DNA of 64,000 nucleotides from Botryllus schlosseri (Eukaryota): NCBI GenBank assembly GCA_051294905.1, contig CM119372.1, positions 21,576,001 to 21,640,000 of the forward strand, read 5' to 3'. Shown piece by piece: positions 62,601 to 64,000 of this stretch (position 1 is its first letter; each line of letters starts with the position of its first letter). The notes under the pieces were generated by a model. It saw only the letters and a program-made list of their open reading frames with translations, ran no database searches and was not told where the DNA came from. The position numbers and the translations under genes were made by a program.

Positions 62601-64000
62601 AAATGACTTATCATTTATGAAGAAAGTTGGTATCTCATTAGACCTTATCTTCATCGCAAGCCTTATATTGTCTTTCAATATCTCCAATATATTAGAAGCC
62701 AAACAAATGTAATCGTGAGTAATCGTGATTACTTTTGAAATGTAATCGTAATCGTAATCGACTACTTCCTGATTTTGCTGTAATCGTAATCGTAATCGTA
62801 ATCGCGGGATTCACAAGTAATCGTAATCGCAATCGATTACATTCGTGAAGTAATCACCCCATGTCTGTTACCAATAACATGCAACCAATGATGGCCAACA
62901 GGACCGTAACTGCCGCACCCAAGGGCGCCCAATTTCGTGAATAAACACAAATTATTGAGTATTTTATTTTGAAAAGTAATGCAAATTTTTTAAAACTCCC
63001 CGCGCTGTGCGCGATTTCATGTTTCCAAGTATCTTGAATATTTCGCTACGCATGACTATAGAAATGGGCATTTCGACGCCGGCTATTACCGCGCAACGAC
63101 GCACCAAGAAATATGAAGTTTTAGATCATGTAACATGCGACTCCGAAAAACGTGCCACACGATCGGCAGCGAGTTAACTTTGGCCCAACAGGACTGCCCT
63201 TACGCTGACCGAAAGCTTCGACTATACATATATGCATAGGCGCTTAAATAGCTGGCGCCGAATGTTCCTGTCCTGGCAATCTGAACCCCACAAGACAAAT
63301 GAGATAAGTTTGGTTTATCACCCTATAAGGGGCCCAAGACCAACGTTTTTGGAGGGGCTGACGAAGTGCTGCTTCGGTCCCGGTGGCCCGGACTAGCCTA
63401 TCATCACAAAACATATGACCAAGTCCAGTGTGAGGACACAACCTATCGCGATTGTATGTCTTTACAAAGTCCAGTTCAGCATATTGATAATTTCATCATT
63501 TCCAAATTCCACAAGATTGAGATAAAGTGAAATGATAGGAAGGAGGCGAAACGACTTAGGGTAGTCTTTCAATCAGGCCATCACCTTGGCCTAGTACGTG
63601 TAAATAAGAGGCATATGTTCAATTGTGTAGTGTTAACTGAACTGGAAGGGAAATGCAGTGAAGTGAACATTACTCATATCGTATTTAGATTATATACTTC
63701 CCCTATATATTGTCATTTTATGATACGATGTTTTGCACTATTTCACAATATAGCGTACCGTCGCTACACCACAGCTCTATCCCTAACCAGCCTCGTGGTA
63801 AGTCCGCCGAGGGGGGCATGGCGTAGGTCCGTTTATTTAATATCAACCAACAACCCATTAGCACAAACAGCGCTTACCCTGTCACACGATTCCTCGAATT
63901 GCTGCACCAAAACCCTCTTCTCCAACGACAGCAGCCTCTCGTCCGCCGACTGAACGTAACGACGGATTGAGGAACACACGCTTTCGTAGCTAGACTGAAT
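20688..64000 (-). CDS. PLEKHG4: Puratrophin-1/PLEKHG4-family Rho guanine nucleotide exchange factor (spectrin repeats, DH, PH), 5'-truncated by the window; 14 coding exons, 812 aa visible
   Basis: DH/PH motifs EELITTEEEYVKSL, VFGNIENLCDFH, YALYSKNKPRSDELM, DKMDLSSYLLKPVQRMGKYALLL, LRHGNDLL, RHVFLFSDLILFCK, GLTENIGDSGLKFEIWF. All introns GT-AG with consistent phases (total 2439 nt). The symbol is family-level (PLEKHG4/4B/ARHGEF40). Confidence 0.9.
20780..21143. mobile_element. Degenerate CAGAGGTGGTC-family MITE in the last RhoGEF intron
   Basis: AGTAGAAGTAG/AACTACTT motifs; end AACCACTCTG. Boundaries approximate. Confidence 0.6.
21237..21346 (-). CDS. PLEKHG4: RhoGEF penultimate coding exon
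   Basis: 63-nt upstream intron; ACG|GTGAGT donor, phase 0. Confidence 0.8.
21410..21703 (-). CDS. PLEKHG4: RhoGEF exon (post-PH, MANMGVGSKPHLDI)
   Basis: ATTCCAG acceptor, G|GTAAGT donor, phase 1-1. Confidence 0.88.
21967..22822 (-). mobile_element. hAT (Ac-like) MITE, TAGGGATGGTGTGAAC family, full copy
   Basis: 16-bp perfect TIR TAGGGATGGTGTGAAC; perfect TSD GTACAAAG (21959-21966, 22823-22830). Confidence 0.95.
22861..23035 (-). CDS. PLEKHG4: RhoGEF exon (PH end)
   Basis: TVEVGLTENIGD...WNQAMKNK; phase 0-1. Confidence 0.9.
23296..23430 (-). CDS. PLEKHG4: RhoGEF exon (PH)
   Basis: DEFMVFQ...YKSSYK; TCACAG acceptor, AAG|GTAAGT donor. Confidence 0.92.
23698..23892 (-). CDS. PLEKHG4: RhoGEF exon (DH end, PH start)
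   Basis: VQRMGKYALLL...GELLRQ; 70-nt upstream intron. Confidence 0.92.
23963..24109 (-). CDS. PLEKHG4: RhoGEF exon (DH)
   Basis: SDSFGMYALYSKNKP...YLLKP; CTACAG acceptor, CCG|GTAAGT donor. Confidence 0.92.
24340..24516 (-). CDS. PLEKHG4: RhoGEF exon (DH)
   Basis: HYYPLMNQ...VFKQH; GCGCAG acceptor, CAC|GTAAGT donor. Confidence 0.92.
24777..25029. mobile_element. Degenerate CAGAGGTGGTC-family MITE (intronic)
   Basis: AAGTAGAAGT/CTACTTGAGTA motifs; end TTGACCACCTATG. Confidence 0.6.
25260..25620. promoter_or_regulatory. CpG-rich intronic promoter/enhancer-like segment
   Basis: Palindromic CRE ATGACGTCAT (25531-25540), CCAAT/ATTGG boxes (25315, about 25490, about 25585), high CpG density. Confidence 0.45.
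26253..26328 (-). CDS. PLEKHG4: RhoGEF exon (DH start, KWSLAIEELITTEEEYVKSLNYIIE)
   Basis: CGTTTAG acceptor, GAG|GTCAGT donor, phase 2-0. Absent from the ORF track. Confidence 0.9.
26612..26977. mobile_element. Degenerate CAGAGGTGGTC-family MITE (intronic)
   Basis: End CGACCACCTCTG; CTACT/AGTAG repeats. Confidence 0.7.
27058..27479 (-). CDS. PLEKHG4: RhoGEF exon (low-complexity linker)
   Basis: CATACAG acceptor, AC|GTAAGT donor, phase 0-2. Confidence 0.85.
27510..28035. mobile_element. Degenerate CAGAGGTGGTC-family MITE (intronic)
   Basis: GAAGTACTTCTAC and CTACTTCTACTTGAGTA motifs shared with the ends of 5750-7016. Boundaries approximate. Confidence 0.55.
28455..28724 (-). CDS. PLEKHG4: RhoGEF exon (AYSWALSGMKFVASL...RRRLIVK)
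   Basis: ATTTCAG acceptor, AAG|GTGAGG donor, phase 0-0. Confidence 0.9.
28990..29300. mobile_element. Degenerate CAGAGGTGGTC-family MITE (intronic)
   Basis: TACTT/AGTAG motif array; boundaries approximate. Confidence 0.5.
30363..30548 (-). CDS. PLEKHG4: RhoGEF exon (KQYAQCDCLLSEANQL...FLFVDQ)
   Basis: TTCTCTTTCCAG acceptor, CAG|GTACAG donor, phase 0-0. Confidence 0.85.
30958..31625. mobile_element. Degenerate CAGAGGTGGTC-family MITE interrupted by another MITE
   Basis: GTAGACAAAACCTAC and AGTAGAAGTACTTCGT(C/T)ACTGA motifs shared with other copies. Confidence 0.6.
31041..31555 (+). mobile_element. hAT MITE (TAGGGCTGGGC TIR, GATTCGAGT repeats), nested
   Basis: TAGGGCTGGGC / GCCCAGCCCGA; perfect TSD AGTACATG (31033-31040, 31556-31563). 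Confidence 0.88.
33011..33186. repeat. Tandem duplication, 2 x 88 bp
   Basis: Units start at 33011 and 33099; one mismatch (TAACCA vs TAGCCA). Confidence 0.95.
36536..37763 (+). mobile_element. Non-autonomous Buster/Charlie-type hAT
   Basis: CAGGGGTTCTCA / TGAGAAGCCCTG; GTGGGCCA subterminal repeats; perfect TSD GATTAGAC (36528-36535, 37764-37771). Contains a CAGGACCGTAAC-family fragment at about 37445-37690. Confidence 0.92.
38347..38635 (+). mobile_element. Charlie-type hAT MITE
   Basis: CAGTGGTTCTCAAC ... TTTGAGAACCAGT; TSD not matched. Confidence 0.65.
46279..46620 (+). mobile_element. hAT Blackjack-type MITE
   Basis: TCGGGTTACCA / TGGTAACCCTA; GAGGACA repeats; TSD CACTATAC / CACTATGC (7/8). 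Confidence 0.85.
48170..48410 (+). mobile_element. LINE reverse-transcriptase C-terminal remnant
   Basis: LLDAAIRTTPNPLFGELGIEP resembles the post-RT motif ...GA.RTTP..AL..ELGI.P of non-LTR elements. Confidence 0.4.
54455..54657 (+). mobile_element. Charlie-type hAT MITE remnant
   Basis: CAGTGGTTCTCAAC...CGCGGACCG head; degenerate tail TTAAGACCACTA. Confidence 0.5.
55086..55158 (-). tRNA. tRNA-Arg (anticodon TCG), copy 1
   Basis: 73 nt: GGCCTCGTGGCCTAATGGATAAGGCGTCTGACTTCGAATCAGAAGATTGAGGGTTCGAGTCCCTTCGGGGTCA; full cloverleaf, A and B boxes. Confidence 0.95.
55317..55346. repeat. Perfect 14-bp inverted repeat
   Basis: TCTTCCTGGCCCGT-TT-ACGGGCCAGGAAGA. Confidence 0.95.
55752..55824 (-). tRNA. 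tRNA-Arg (anticodon TCG), copy 2
   Basis: Identical to copy 1 except position 68 (T rather than G); followed by a TTATTTTT Pol III terminator. Confidence 0.93.
59903..60025 (-). CDS. PLEKHG4: RhoGEF exon (IVSWATDRKDELSNKFGEVADSLNDLKIQRQEFDSFYLDVV)
   Basis: CTCCAG acceptor, GTG|GTGAGT donor, phase 0-0; spectrin-repeat pattern continuous with both neighbours. Confidence 0.85.
60159..60191. repeat. (TTACGCA)n heptamer microsatellite
   Basis: About 4.7 consecutive units. Confidence 0.9.
61273..61805 (+). mobile_element. hAT MITE with GACTCGAGTC repeats, nested
   Basis: Perfect 11-bp TIR CAGGGTTGTAA; TSD GGTATTGG / GGTTTTGG (7/8). Confidence 0.9.
62100..62523 (-). mobile_element. CAGGACCGTAAC-family copy, truncated and nested
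   Basis: End GGCAGTTACGGACCTG; interior homologous to 17980-18260. Confidence 0.75.
62899..63382 (+). mobile_element. CAGGACCGTAAC-family non-autonomous hAT
   Basis: CAGGACCGTAACTGCCGCACCC ... GTGCTGCTTCGGTCCCG; flanks ATGGCCAA / GTGGCCCG (5/8). Confidence 0.85.
63878..64000 (-). CDS. PLEKHG4: RhoGEF exon (spectrin repeat; IQSSYESV...QQFEESCDR), truncated at the window edge
   Basis: Open frame from 64000; donor AGG|GTAAGC, phase 0. Confidence 0.85.

Larger units (their letters stand above)
60395..62867. mobile_element. 2.47-kb hAT element with (GTAATC)n subtermini, hosting nested insertions
   Basis: TIR CAGACATGGGG / CCCCATGTCTG; perfect TSD TTACCAAT (60387-60394, 62868-62875). Confidence 0.92.

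Noticed and set aside
60395-62867. Regularly spaced GTAATC and GACTCGAGTC repeats as a CRISPR-like array
   Set aside because: Short subterminal transposase-binding repeats inside TIR/TSD-bounded elements; no constant repeat-spacer period; eukaryotic context.

Overview
Eukaryotic (invertebrate metazoan) genomic DNA, about 40% GC, with CpG-rich exons and short introns of 63-73 nt. A tunicate or other marine invertebrate is plausible but cannot be established from sequence alone. Main content: (1) a minus-strand puratrophin-1/PLEKHG4-like RhoGEF gene (spectrin repeats-DH-PH) that enters at the right edge and ends at 20688. I reconstructed 14 coding exons with consistent splice phases, including a 29.4-kb intron that holds two tRNA-Arg(UCG) genes. 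(2) A three-exon minus-strand gene (11896-9029) that the ORF track shows only as fragments. Spliced, it encodes a 777-aa protein with a signal peptide, an 8-Cys three-finger (Ly6/uPAR-like) scaffold and a GPI-type tail, with about 626 aa of unrecognised helical sequence inserted between Cys5 and Cys6. This is the most unusual object in the window. (3) Many hAT-superfamily transposons and MITEs, 11 with matching or near-matching 8-bp TSDs and several nested, plus tRNA-derived SINEs and Penelope and LINE remnants. No database searches were possible; family calls come from motif recognition.
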